Positions 27,901 to 42,057 of a stretch of 64,000 bases of DNA are shown in pieces (positions within the stretch are counted from its first letter, which is position 1; each line of letters starts with the position of its first letter). Position numbers and translations under genes: made by a program. Source of the DNA: Octopus sinensis (taxonomy: Eukaryota). The stretch covers positions 106,764,001-106,828,000 of the forward strand of contig NC_043001.1 in assembly GCF_006345805.1 (NCBI RefSeq), in the 5' to 3' direction. The notes under the pieces are model-generated. The model was not told the origin of the DNA. It saw nothing but the letters and a program-made list of their open reading frames with translations, and made no database searches.

Positions 27901-28501
27901 AGGATGTTGGGCAAAACAATTGGAGTAGGCTCAGGCTTGACTATGTGGTAAGAAGCGTGCTCTCCAACCGCATGGTTCCGAGAATCAGTTCTACTGCGTG
28001 TCATCTCCGGCTGATCAAAGCTTTGTAAGCAGATTTGGTAGGTGGAAACTGAAAAAAGCTCGTCGTTTACATGTGTGTGTGTTTGTGTGTGTGTGCGGGA
28101 GTATCTGTGTTTCTCCCTCACAACCGCTTCACAACCGGTGTTGGTTTGTTTATGTCCCTGTAATCTAGCGGTTCGGCAAAAGAGACCGATAGAATAAATA
28201 CCAGGTTTAAAAGAAAAAAAAAAGTACTAGGGTCGATTCATTCGACTAAAAATTCTTCGAGGTGGTGCCCCAGCATGGTCGCAGTCTGATTGACTGAAAC
28301 AAGTAAAAGATAAAAGATTCATTTGTTCCAGTTCTTTCCTTTCCATCCATTCATCCATCTTCTCCGCCCACTATTCCTGAGAGGGTCGTGATGGGTAGAG
28401 CCCTCAGGCATTTCCTCCATAGGATCCTATCAGAAGCAATCGTCTTTACACTTTCTGGCTGGATTTCCAAACGTGACCACCTACGACTATAGATATCATC
28501 C

Positions 28502-28915
28502 GGTGCCGGTGTGGTACGCGATCTACATACATGTTTCTGGTATAGCTTGTGATCTACATCAGTTCAAATGGTATAGTCTGTGATCTACGCCGACTTCTTG
28601 ATCTGCATTTAAAATTCATCTATTTACTCGAAATGCAAACATTTCAATCTCATTTAGATTTCATTTGTTGAAGATTTTAGGATCAAATGAGCAAAATCTC
28701 TTTATTGCATTTTTAAATGATATCCGTGTTGTATGCAAGTAGTTACAGTATTCGTGTTTCTACAATGAAATAAAAATCAATAAAAAAGTTTCTTTTTCTT
28801 TTCTTTTTTTAAATATTTAACTCACTCAAATTTCAAATTTATAGCAAAATTTTGAATGTAGATCACAAGTTAGTCTAGATTTAAGTCGCTGTAGATCACA
28901 TACTACACCGGCACC
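28502..28915. mobile_element. MITE with GG-terminal 26-bp TIRs and an 8-bp TSD (Merlin-like)
   Basis: Left GGTGCCGGTGTGGTACGCGATCTACA; the right end reverse-complements to GGTGCCGGTGTAGTATGTGATCTACA. Subterminal GTGATCTAC repeats. Flanks are TATCATCC/TGTTATCC (6/8). Confidence 0.65.
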
Positions 28916-29560
28916 TGTTATCCGACTATCTCCTTTTTGGTCTGTCCCTAGAAATTCTGCCAGCTGGCTCGACTTGAGGAACCCGTCTTGCGATTCTTTC
29001 TTGAGACATTCTAATCACACGTCCTGGAACTGTGACCTCTCAATGCGGGTTTCAAATACTGCCGACGTCAAATTTGTTTTTTTGTAATTTTGGGCAGATA
29101 AAAATAAAGTTCGCATCAAGTACTGATATCAATTTAATCGTTTAACACTTCCCCCTAAATTTTGTTTAGCATTGTACCTAGGTTAGAAACAGTCATAGAA
29201 GTACATCACACTACTCTCTGTTCTGTAGGCACAAGGCTTGAAATTTTGTGGGAGTGGGGTCTAGTCAACTGCATCTATCCCAGTGCTCAACTGGAACTTA
29301 TTTTATCAACACTGAAAAAATCAAAAGCAAAGCCGACCTCTGCAGAGATTCAACTCAGACCGTAAAGACGGACGAAATGCCAATAAACCTTTTGCCCGAC
29401 CTGCTAACGATTCAACCGGCTGCCGCTTTTGAAAGGATGGAAGAGAAAGTTCCAGCAGGACTCGATCGCAGAACAAGGAAAGCCGGATAGAATACCACAG
29501 GGCATTGTACTCGGCGCTCTAACAACTTCGGTCAATGCTCCGCATAACTACACCCCACAA

Positions 29561-29956
29561 TCTTTATATATAAAAGAGAGGTTGTGTGTCTGTCTCCTAC
29601 GATTTAGATTCCTAACTACTCCCACATTTTGCGGTGCAGTTTAACCAAAACCGGGTATCTTATAGTCGTGATTCATATCGAGCCCTTCTGGGTATTAGCG
29701 CGCGTCTACGATGAGTCTACGATTTAAAAACAAATTTACCATCATTTTTTTCATTTTAATGCATTTTTTTGCTATTATATAAGGGAAGTAACTCTCTAAA
29801 AATGTCTACGATGAGTCAACGATTTAAAAAAAAATTTACCATCATTTTTTTCCATTTTTAATGCATTTTTTTGCTATTTTTTGGCTATAACTCTCTAAAA
29901 ATGCTTATATAGTTATTTCCCTTACAAACCCGAGCAACGCCGGGCGATACTGCTAG
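29561..29956 (+). mobile_element. Non-autonomous Helitron
   Basis: A|TC start, CTAG|T end, and a 3' hairpin CCCGAGC-AAC-GCCGGG at 29929-29944. Same family as 45300-45803, with an internal tandem duplication. Confidence 0.8.
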
Positions 29957-31979
29957 TAATAAATAAATAATGTTTTGCAAAACGCTTAAGTATTAGTACA
30001 GATTTTATGTGGCCTTAATTTTCTTTCTGCTATAGGCACAAGGTCTGAAGTTTGAGGGAGGGAGCAAGTAGATTATAACAACCCTAGTACTCGACCTGGT
30101 AGTTATTTTATCGACCCAGAGAGGATGAAAGACAAAGCCGATTTCAGCGGAATTTGAGCTAAGAATGTAAGGATCTGGAAGAAATACCACTCGATGTGAT
30201 AATGATTCTGCAAGCTTGCCGCCTTCTGTGGCCTTAAATTGTATTTATAAAAAAATTCGCAATGTACTGAGATACACTTTGTGGCTACTCGTATGAAACC
30301 AATGACTAACAGGTTTCTTTGAGATAATTAACTAGGCGAGATTGATAACAATTTTTCTCTTTTCTCTTAGATATGACAAAATGTCAAATATGATTCCCGA
30401 CATTGATTTCTAAACACGATAAAAATGTGAACAATTAAAAAAAGAATAGAAAGAAAGAAGATAAAGAAAATGTATTCACACAACCAATGAAAGGACCGTC
30501 TTCATATGTGGGAGACAGGCTCTTTTTCTATTGGTCAGAAATTTGAAAAAATAAAACGAGAATAATATATACTGGCAAACATATTCATACATATACATTT
30601 ACATGCATATATAAGTACACGCATAGATACGCACACTTACGCATACACAAACATATATACATATATACATAAGTGTATAGATTCTTTTATTCTTTTACTT
30701 GTTTCAGTCATTTGACTGCGGCCATACTGGAGCATTGCCTTGAAGGATTTTAATTGAACAAATCGACCTCAGAACATTTTTTAAGCCTAGTACTTACTCT
30801 ATCGATATTTTTTGTCGAACCGCTATGTCGCGGAGGCGTAAACACACCTACACCGGTTGTCAAGCGGTGATGGGGATGGTAGTGGTGGTGGGGGATCGAA
30901 ACAGACACACACAGGTATATTCATATATACATACATATACGACGGGCTTCTTTCAGTTTCCGTCCACCGAACCCGCTCACAAGTAAACACTTGCCCAAGG
31001 TTCTACACAATGGCACTGAACCCGGAAACGTGGTTGGGAAGCAAGCTTCTTACCACTCCTGCGCCTATGCCACACAGTCACGCCTAGATACAAATATACA
31101 CATATCCACATAAAGGTATATGTTCTTATATAGAACTTCTTATAATTAAAAATGATAAAAATAAACAAATCTTTTACTTCTTTCAGTCATTAGACTACGA
31201 CCATGCTGGGGCACCATCTTGAAGAATTTCTAGTCGAATGAATTGATTTCATTGCTTTATTTGTTCTATCGATTTCTTATTCCGAACCACTAGGTTACAG
31301 AAACGTAAACACGCCAACACCGGTTGTCAAGCAGTTGTGGGAGACACACACAACCATGTATATATATTTATAAACGACGGGTTTCTTTTTTGTTTCCCTC
31401 TACCAAATCTGTTCACAAGGCTTTGGTTGACCCGAAGCTATAGTAGAAGACACTTGTGCAAAGTGCCACACAGCTGGACTGACCCCCGGAGCCAAATGAC
31501 TAGGAAGCAAATTCTTACCATACAACCATTATTTTTGATTTAGACACAAGGTTGGCTATTTTGTGAGAGGGTTTCTAGTCTAAACCATCGATCTCATCAC
31601 TAACCGGTACTTTATTTATTAACCTTGAAAGGATAAATGTTTGGTGAACCTCAGCGTGATTTGTACTCAGAACGTAAGAACTGGAAAATAGACGATAAGT
31701 TCTATTTTTTCAAGCCATTTGAACTTTGATTCATGTCACAGAGCCACTGAATTAATCCAGTTAGTATCTATCTCTTTACCCGCTACTGAGTTATTAAACC
31801 AAACTGTAAGTACAGAGCAGGAAAAACAAATTACTACAAAGTAGCCAACCAACCATTCACGCACTCGCACCCATACTCAAATACACAATCGCACACAAAA
31901 CATAGACAACACACATATCATATATGAATCTTTGAGTTTAAACATAGCCTATTTCATGATATCTAAAAGGAACTGAACA

Positions 31980-32075
31980 CCACACACACACACACATCAC
32001 ACTAATATCACACTCACATGAGACTGACATATATCCATATAACTACACCTGTATATACACCTGTATATACACCTG

Positions 32076-32107
<32 letters not shown>

Positions 32108-32250
32108 CAAACACACAGACACACAGACACACACGCACACACACATCACACTAACATCACACTCACATCATACTGACATATATCCATATAACTACACCTG
32201 TATATGTATATACAAACACACAGACACAGACACACACACACACGCACACA
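31980..32250. repeat. Local tandem duplication of an approximately 130-150-bp CA-rich unit
   Basis: CACATCACACTAA.ATCACACTCACAT...ACTGACATATATCCATATAACTACACCTGTATAT occurs twice. Confidence 0.7.
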
Positions 32251-32364
32251 AATACATATACCTCTCTTTTCTCTCTCTGCATATATACATACGTGAGTGT
32301 GTGTGTGTGCAGTAGGAAATGGGGAAAAAAAGAAAAGGAAAGAAAAAAAACAACAACAACAACA

Positions 32365-32422
<58 letters not shown>

Positions 32423-34552
32423 GAAATGAATCATACCTAAAAGCTGAAACTATTGAGGCGAGACCCGTCAAGTTTAGATGAAGAAGGCGTTTGTTGATGA
32501 CAATCAAACGCCCATATATATGATTACAAGCACACATATATATGATTACAAGCACAAACATACACACACTAAAGGTGTGTGTATGTTTGTGTGTGTGTGT
32601 GCGCGCGCACATGCAGTTGTGTGCATGAATGTATGTGAAACGGTGGCGATGGATCTCTGTCGTTCGACCAACCATATAGCCTGTTCATGAATCAACGTTT
32701 AAATGGCTGAGTCTCGCGCTGGCACGTGTATCCTTTTACTCAGATAGAATCACCGCGACAAAGTATTTATGGCAGGACTGCAGCCTTTAACGTATAGATA
32801 CTATTCAGTTAGAATGGGTTTCTCTATAGTTTCCGTCTACCCAGTTTCACTCACAAGATATGGCTCGCTAGAAGACTATAGCAATTGTCATTTGGCCAAG
32901 ATGCTACGCAGCGCAAACGAACCCATTCATTGTGAAATGAACTTTACAGAAGAACATGCAATATTGTCATAGACAAGCCAATGAGGAATCTGTTAGTGGT
33001 TGCTCGATGCGTTAGAACTACTACTCAGATATACCTCATTTGTCGAGAATTTTTGGTGAAAATAGCTCGCTAAGATTAATTATGATGTACTCAGTAGGGT
33101 ACGTATGTATTTTCTGACATTTAAATACTCATCCACACATACATACTGTGTGTGATTGTGTGCGCGCGCGCGTATGTGAATATGTATGCATGAATGGATG
33201 GGTGGATAGATGGAAAAATGGATGTGTATGTATATACGTTGGAGAGTATGCATGTATGTATTTTTCTATGTTTGGGTGTCTGTATAGATCTCCTCACTTT
33301 AAGATTACTGGGAAAAGGAGTACAGGAATTAAAAACAAAATATGATTTAGGGAGACAGACTTAGAGTCTGGATATTCTTTATACAAGATATCTTCAGTGC
33401 TTAATATATAAATTGTTCACATTAGAGTATTTGACACACGTGTTTACATTTTGCTCTTCGTTCAAATGGTAAGAAAGTGATAACAAATAAGAACTATTTC
33501 ATTTCATGAGAAGAAGAAGAAAAATGACATTAAATCAAGGATTTACATGTCAAATACAGATTTGAATTGTATTAGGCCGCCATCATTGACTTGTAGAGTA
33601 GGGAGTGGGCAGTGTGAGAAAATATCGAGTTTCGACTTAAAAGATTTAGGTTTTGTGCTTATTCATTTAATTTGGACATTGGGTCGTAAAAAACGCTTTA
33701 TTTTTATGATGGTTTATTTACTGATTCCCGATTCAATGGAAGATGTACGGCTTACTTCAATAACAACAAGAAAGTAACAACAACAGCAGCAACAACACCA
33801 GCAGCAACAAACTATGACAATATAATAAATTATATTTCTGTGTCATTATGAAAAAGAAGTAACATGTTATTGCGATAGTCGCAAGAGTTGGTAGGGCAGT
33901 TATGGCATGAATTTAATGGTAGATATAAAGCAACGATTTGGCTAAGTTGTTTGAGAGTCGGATTCAATACCTCGCGATCTTTGTTCCAATTCTCTGAAAT
34001 CTGAGTTCAAATTCTGCTGAGGTTAGCTCTGCTTTTCGTCTCCTTCAGAGTCGATAAAAATTACCAATAAACTGCAATGTATTATTGCTGGAATTGTAAG
34101 AACGTTGTCCTGGACGCTTTCCTCTATTTGTTCAAACTCTTTGCTTTCTGAGTTCAAATCCCTCTGTATTTGAAAAGTGATGACGTTCATCCTACCCTGA
34201 CTATACCAGGGATTAAAGTGAGAAAGCGAAACTTACTTCTCTTATCCTTAGCTTACGGAGTTGCCGAATATTTCTTGATATATGAAAGTGAGTATATGTC
34301 TATTACGACTACCATACATGTCTATTATGAGTATATGTCTGTTATGACTGTCAATTGAGAAAGTACATCCGGTAGCTTCAAACTAACAAGACCATCAATC
34401 CTGACAATCTGCCTTCATTAACTTCAAATAATGCCTTCCACTAGAGCTAACCTGGCGGAACGCATATACATACATGCATACATATTTACACATATGCATA
34501 CATAGATATTAACACATAATTGCACATACGCTGATAAGAAAGAAGTACTTAC

Positions 34553-34692
34553 CGTAACTAAATGAGATTTAAGTATATTTGGTTGGACAGTTTTGGGTCG
34601 CAATTTAAATATATGGAACTCCGCTTGTAAGATATTTTCTTTACGTTCCAGAAACGATACGTTATAATAGAAGTGCATTTGATGTCGATAAT
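34553..34692 (-). CDS. admp: ADMP-like prodomain exon (140 nt, phase 1 to phase 0); most 5' coding exon found
   Basis: Acceptor ctctttttatgttcgcAG|AT and donor ACG|GTAAGTA. Translates (x)YRHQMHFYYNVSFLERKENILQAEFHIFKLRPKTVQPNILKSHLVT, with the BMP prodomain 'F.VS....E.I..AE..I.K' motif. Joins the next exon in frame across a 12.7-kb intron. Confidence 0.9.
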
Positions 34693-36099
34693 CTGCGAAC
34701 ATAAAAAGAGGCCAAGGAATTACGCATCAACTATTTGCAATTGACAAGTTATAAAAATATATAAATAAATAATTGTTATTGTCACTCAGTACAGCGAGTT
34801 CTTAAATGATGATTTGCAAGTTTACTCTTAATACGTTCTGGCATATTCGAATTCAAATATGCTAGTCGCTGGTGTGTATGTCACAAGAGAACAATTTGTC
34901 CTTTTTAGGACGTCAGTGTGTTCATAATAAATACACTTGGTTCATAAATATAGAAATAAAATATGACAGACACACAACACAAAAGAACCAAGTGAGGCTG
35001 GCAACATAGACCTGGTTAGAAAGCATTCGTTAGTAGTTTAATAACTGCAATATTCACAGATGTAAATGACATACTTCGTGAAAGATCTGAATATTCCACT
35101 ACCTGGAATAAGATTGAAAATGTTTGAATTTATTGGTGATATTGGAATATTTTTTTCTAAGGGAGGTAAAATAACTTAGTGAATTGTTCATGATACTATA
35201 AACTTTGACTTAATATTATAAAATTACTTTCATTATTAAACTCATAGAAAATGGTGAACTGGTAGGATCGTTACCGCGTCGAACAAAATGATTAGTGGAC
35301 TTTCTTCTGGTTCTTTACCTTCTGAGTTCAAATGACTTCGAGTCGACTTTGCCTTTTATCCTTTCGAGGTCGATGAAATAAATACCAGTTGAGCATTGGG
35401 ATCGATGTAAATGACTTGCCTCCTCCCCTAAAATTGCTGGCCTTGTGTTAAGATTTGAAGCAATAATTAAATCCATACACGATCCTTTATCACTAGGTTT
35501 CAAGAATGTGCAAGGTACTGCATAGGTGAACTGGAGTGAAGAAAGTCGAGAAGAGATGGACAATCTGGACCAAAGCAAAACCAAGACAGAAATGGAGATA
35601 ACCGAACAGATTCGAACAAAGTAGGACAACCCGAAATATGTGTAGAATTAATGTGTGTTGAGAATAATGTAGTGTGAAGAAGAAAAGAAACGAATAGAAA
35701 CGTCGAATAATGCCGAATAATGCTGGTGTCAAGCATCATAGACTAAAACAAATAAGACAGAATTGACTGCGTTGAACAGATTAGTATTTCATAATACAAG
35801 AGGGATACAAATTGGACACTTCGTTTTCATGTAGTTGCTGTTTAGCCACAAAGTTAGCTTTAATTGAGCAGACTTATGATGATAGGCAATGAAGCCATGA
35901 TCATCTAATTCTTTATTTCGGCAAATATTGTATCGCGAACAACTATTTCTAATGTGTCGTTTCTCTTTTTATGATGGTGGTGTGTGATGTGAGCGAGAAT
36001 TGAGTGCTATTTCCTGCAGTTCAACTGACCACATACAAGCGCTTTTGTTGACTCATTCACCTTCATATACCTTATCTGAAACAAACCAAGGAGAAACAG

Positions 36100-36780
36100 T
36101 TCTTGTCTGAACTGCCTTAGTTAGATCGACTTGCTTAATATTCCTCTGAGTGACTGCATATCGACGGCTGCAAAAAAACCCAAGAAGGGGATTCCAGAGA
36201 GCTACCATTCGGAGGAGGAAGGAATAGGAATAATGTTTAGTGTAGAGGATAGCAAGATCACCTGATGGATAGTAAGGGGAGGAGAGACAAGTTGCTGAGA
36301 AGTGATTGAATAAGAGCAGCACAAATCCAGCCAGTTTTGATGAACAGTGACCACTGTAGTTACGGTTGAGTGCATCGGTGAGTTACTTCAAGTCGAGTAG
36401 CCCTTCTTGAGTGCTCTCTCGGATGATTGTGGGTTTAGCAGCAATACTGTCCTCCTATGTGTGAAAGCAATACTTCATTGGAAATCTTAATTGAGCCTTG
36501 TACAGGAATTTGTAGTTGGTGAAAGATATGCTTCCTAACCTCAAAAAGGCCAGTCTTTCTCATTCAGTTTTTGCTACGTTAAAGATGTGCTCAGCAAGAT
36601 CGATCCTTGGTGATAATGTGATTTAGCATTTTAGCAACGTTGAGATATCTAACTACGAGCTGTAGGGTGGTGCGTTAATATAATCTTGAATAAGGAATGG
36701 GCCAGGGATTTCCCCTTCAAGTGGTGTTGCAATCAATACGTTGCAACCAAACAAGGAAAGCATCAGTCAAATTTATAGTT
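36100..36780 (-). mobile_element. Highly decayed LINE 3' fragment (CR1/L2-like)
   Basis: Minus-strand HYSYSFLLRMVALWNPL resembles the 'Y..SFFPR...LWNSLP' C-terminal motif. A degenerate 'G..QG...GP.LF..YIN'-like stretch lies near 36700. Confidence 0.5.
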
Positions 36781-37547
36781 TTGACGTTGCTTTCTCAGAG
36801 AAATGTAGCTGCCATGCAATATTTATTTGGAGAATTCTGAACTGGACCGTTAGAAAGTTAAATGGGTTATCCATAGGCTCAATGTAATGTCAGTAACAAG
36901 AGGAAATGCTGACCTCGCTTTCAACTAACCCCAATCTTGGCTGGGTGTTCAGTACCCTGTTGACTCGGTCATCTGTCCCCCCCCCCCAAGAAGAATATAA
37001 CACTGAAAAACAAATATATTGAGCAAATGAGATACACCAAATTCAACCAGTGAACTGGGCTGAAAAGAACCATTCTGAATAGATGAACTTAACGGAACAG
37101 AGCAGTGTGAATTCTATCGCAGTTTTTAATGTAAAACCAACAGAGACGAAGCACTATGAAGAGTAAAAAAGGTGTTTAGAGGGTATCAGTAACACAATCT
37201 ATATGATAGAAAACCTATTAATCATTGCCAGTAATAAAAGAAAAAAAAAAGTAGAACTCAAAATAAGATTTTAAAAGCTCGGAAAGGAGGTGTTAACACG
37301 TGTCAAAAGAGGCTGCCAGTTGGTCGCCCCCTGACAACAATGTTGCTGGAAGTTGAAGGAGAGGAAAGGGTGATGAGTGGAACAACAGCATGGAGAAGTA
37401 TTAGAACAGAGAGAAAGATAGGAGATGAGATCAAAAGGAAAAGAGATTGTTTAATCATTACCAACACACACACATATATATACATTTATATATATATATA
37501 TTATATATATATATATAGATAGATAGATATATTCATATATATATATA

Positions 37548-37613
<66 letters not shown>

Positions 37614-38949
37614 TTATATACACACACACATATATATATACATATATATACGCACGCACACACACATACGTACATATAGTGTGATACAGTATGTGTGAGT
37701 GTGCACGTTTGCGCTTTCACATGTGCGTGTATGTGGTTTTACATTTTATAATAAAGTGGGACGGGGTTGTGAAAATATACAAAACCAATGTAAAAGGAAA
37801 TAAGAAATTAATGCGATAGCCTAGTAAGATACGAACCCATGTCTCCTTATCTGTTTAACCGATGCTTCGGTCTAATTACTGAGTATCAAATCTCTTATTG
37901 ATACTATAATATATACAAATTGTATGTATGTATGTATATATGTATGTACACGGTGCTATAGTATATACGTGCGCAATAATTTTGTAATAAGTTTGAATAC
38001 TAAACAAGAGTATTTGTTTTCAGTTATTGTTTTTCGAGGTTGCAGCAGATTCTAATTCGAAATAAATTCCTCTTTATTCTTTTCTACTCTTGGCTGAAGG
38101 ACCGAAATTTGGGGGGAGGGGGCCAGTCTGTTAGATCGACCCCAGTACGCAATTGGTACTTAATTTTTTGACCCTGAAAGGATGGAAGGCAAGGTCGACC
38201 TCGGTGGAATTTGAACTCAGAATGTAAAGACAGGCGAAATACCTATTTCTTTACTACCCACAAGGGGCTGAACACAGAGAGGACAAACAAGGACAGACAC
38301 ACGGATTAAGTCGATTACATCGACCCCAGTGCGTAACTGGTACTTATTTAATCGACCCCGAAAGGATGAAAGGCAAAGTCGACCTCGGCGGAATTTGAAC
38401 TCAGAACGTAAAGACAAGCGAAATACCGCTAAGCATTTCGCCCGAAGTGCTAACGTTTCGGCCAGCTCGCCGCTTTGTATTCCTCTTTATTCTGACAGTG
38501 AAAGGGCGGTGAGCTGGCAGCATCATTAGAACTCAGGATACATACTTAGCGGCTTAACTGCATTTCTCCTGGTCTTAGGTTTTGAGTTCAAATACCATCT
38601 TTCATCCTTTCGAAATTGATGAAATAAGTACCAGTTGAACAATGGTAGTCAATGTAACCGACTGCCCCCACCCCTCTTGATTTCAGGTCTTGTACTCATA
38701 GTGGAAAGGGCTATTCTGACACGGAAATTAATTAGTAATTTGTCCAAGTCATTAGTATTTTACTGTTTGTTATTTTGTCATTCCTAACAGCTATTGCTTT
38801 CAACAATATATTATATCTCGTACTTCGAATTAGTTCATATCGCAGTTCACCTATCGTGGTTTATTCTTTATGCTTACGTCGATTCCTCCGTGTTGTTGTT
38901 TTGCATTTATAATAAAATAAATATATACAAATTATAAAAAAGAATTTTA

Positions 38950-39325
38950 AAATATACAGTACAGTACTGTTTCTACTTTGCGGGTTTTCACCAATCGCGG
39001 GGTGTTTTGAAACGTTACATGATAGTCGAGGGCTTACTGTATATAAATTTGAACAATTTTTGATTACGTTTTAAAGCGACTTTGTACAATCTACACTCGA
39101 ATCCTGGTTTAGTCAGACTAATGAATAATGATAGACCAATACCGTATATCCAGCACATAAGTTGATTTAGAATACAATGTGAACATTCAAACATTTTCAC
39201 TATTTTTTCAAATCCTGCAGCATTTCATAAGTAATTTTTGGTCCTCCAAAGTTTCCTTGGACCTACCATTTTGACTGTAAATTTTGGTCTGCGAAGTTCG
39301 ACTTGTATGCAGGAAAATACGGTAA
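38950..39325. mobile_element. Tc1/pogo-like DNA transposon terminal fragments
   Basis: Ends ...CGACTTGTATGCAGGAAAATACGG|TA and ...GATAGTCGAGGGCTTACTG|TA resemble pogo/Tigger TIR ends; partner ends were not found. Confidence 0.35.
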
Positions 39326-39779
39326 TTACACCGTGGTATCGTCAACAACGACATAGCTTTCAATCCTTCCTTCTAGGTTACTTTAACTTTTTAGTGGGTT
39401 TTGTATATCTGCTTCAGTACGTTGTTGTGTTCAGTTATTTAGTAAACTCCACAAACCCAGCAACCATCTACTCCGAGTAAATTTACTTTACTGAGTTCGA
39501 TCCCCATTGAGATATTAGTCCACCGTGTCAAAATCTGAATTATCACTTATAAAATTTAGTGGAGAAGTAGGATTTCCATCCCCACCATTAACTTCACGTT
39601 GAACTTGATGTTGGTGAGAGTTTAGCTGAAAAAATACTCGTCTTCAGAGCTTTTAACTTCATTTACCATAATTAATAGCCGCCAGGCTGAAGAATAGCGA
39701 CAGACGCTTTTTCACAAAAATAGACAGTGGAAGCAATCTTTACAATGGATCAATGATTGTTGAAACCGACCTATAGACG

Positions 39780-41841
39780 GTAACATATGATATAATTTCA
39801 CATGTCAGCAAATCGGGAACACTGAAAAGATCATAGTAAGAACAAAACTATAAGGACGCAGAAAGGATCTGGAACGACAAGAGCTTAATATGGAAATCGA
39901 AACCGAAACCGAAACCGCTGTAACATTAGAAGAAACTATATATGCCATCACTAAAACAGGGTACTAGGAAGCAGCAGAGTACGATGGAGTTACTAATGTT
40001 TGGATTAATACTCTTGTTAGCACCCATAAAGACCTATCATTGGCATGTAATAACATCCTGAAAACCCTTGATTCATGCTTGAAATGGCCTACAGGAGGAT
40101 TAACATATCTCCTTCCTGAGACAGATGAGACTACAAACTCTCAAAATGACAGGCCTATAACCTACCAGCCACCATGTACAAGGCCCTTACATCTATTATA
40201 ACAGAAAGGATTTACATATTTCTCAAAAGAAAGACAAGCTGCTACCAAAAGAATAAAAAAGGTGCCGAAAAGGAAGTTATGGCTGCAAAGATTAACTGCT
40301 AATCAACGTGCCATCTAAGCAGTGAAGAGTAGAAGAAAGGAAGAATCTCTCCTCAGCATGGGTAGATTACAAGATTTATGACAGTATTCCCCCGTGGCTG
40401 GATTCAAAGAGCCTCGAAAGAGGCATGGAAGGCATGGAAAACCACCTTCCACCTGAGCTATGAGAAATGCATACTGACATCAAAACTTGTAAATATTAAA
40501 ACTGTAATATTCCAAGGGGATGACATTCAACAAACTGGACACCTCGACATAGTAAAGACATTCAGTGATGACATCAGTATGGAATTTGGCCAAGATAAAT
40601 GTGCAAAAGCCACCCTCAAACGTGGGAAACTGACCAGCACCAGTAATATAGAACTTGATGCCAAAACCGTCATAAAAGAATTATAACATGGAGGCACTTA
40701 CAAATACCATGGTGTGAATGAAGGTGACGGAAAACAACACGCCTTAATGAAGGAAAATAATTAGAAAAGAATATTACCGAGGAGCCAGAATGATGCCCAG
40801 ATCTGAACTGAACGCTGCTATCAAATTTTAAGCCGTCAACACTGGCAGTGACAGTTGTAACTTACAGCTTCAACATAATCAACAAGACAATGAACCATCT
40901 GAGTAGAAAAGACGTCAAAACACTGAAAATGCTAACAGTGAAGCAAGTGTACCACCCAAAACCAGATATTGACAGACTTCCAAGAAGAAACAGTGACCAT
41001 GGCCTTATCCAGTTACAACTAACATACAAATCCACCATCGGAGGACTGGGCAAGTACATTGAGAGAACGGAAGACTCTCTCCTTCAAATATTCAAGGATC
41101 ATGATGAATGAGAAAACAATTAAGTGCAAAATGGAAGGAAAAGGCAATGTACGGGAAAGATGCAAAAAGAAGGGATGCTGACGTAGACGATCAGATGATA
41201 CGCCAGTGGCTCAGAGCAGCTGGCCTTAAAGCAGAAACAGAACGCACCGATCCTAATGCAGGCTATGCAACAAAGTCGAAGAAGCAACAGACCATCTTGT
41301 ATCGGGTTGCCCAGAACTTACTAAGTCATAACAAGGCAACATCATGCATGCACTCCAAAGAATATAAGCATCAAAACTAACGAGAAATGGTATGAATATC
41401 GATCAATCATGAAAAATGAGAACACCAACATACTATACCTATTCATACAGACCGGAAAATAACAGCAAACCATCCGGACATCATTATCATGAAAAAAATG
41501 CCTAATAGTAGAAGTGGAAATACCATCAGAGAGTACAGCCCTAAAAGTCATTGAAAAATTATCGAACTACAAAGACTTAGAGATGAAAATAAACCGGATG
41601 CAGGCGATGAATGCTGAAGTAATACCTATCGCTGTTGGTGCTCGAGGGCTTGTGAGGAAAGGAATGAATAAGTTCACCAACAAACTGCCTGGTAACATCA
41701 ACACCCCAAAAATCAGCATCCTAGAAACAACCCACATACTCAGAAAGGTGCTCTCCATTAAATAGTAACAACAACCTGTTTGATGCCTTAGAACCATTTA
41801 TTGGACCCCGGCTCTATGAAGGATGAGCAACAGGAATCAGT
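39780..41841 (+). mobile_element. Decayed R4/Dong-clade LINE, copy A
   Basis: Frameshifted motifs KGCRKGSYGCKD, SAWVDYK..YDS(I)P..W, FSDDISMEFGQDKCAK, EYYRRAR, YHPKPDIDRL, GLKAETE, VEIP...EKLSNYKDL and the C-terminal 'LETTHILRKVLSIK*'. Followed by (AAT)n. Confidence 0.85.
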
Positions 41842-41842
41842 A

Positions 41843-41932
<90 letters not shown>

Positions 41933-41966
41933 TAACAACAACAACAACAACATCATCATCATCATC

Positions 41967-42014
<48 letters not shown>

Positions 42015-42021
42015 AATAATA

Positions 42022-42053
<32 letters not shown>

Positions 42054-42055
42054 TT
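41842..42055. repeat. Compound (AAT)n/(AAC)n/(CAT)n microsatellite between Dong copies
   Basis: Direct reading. Confidence 0.95.
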
Positions 42056-42057
42056 TA

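Noticed and set aside
35075-35102. 28-nt AG/GT-bounded segment reading GSGIFRSFT as the missing 'VRSF' ADMP exon
   Set aside because: The donor is phase 2 but the next exon needs phase 1, and the surrounding sequence is not ADMP-like.
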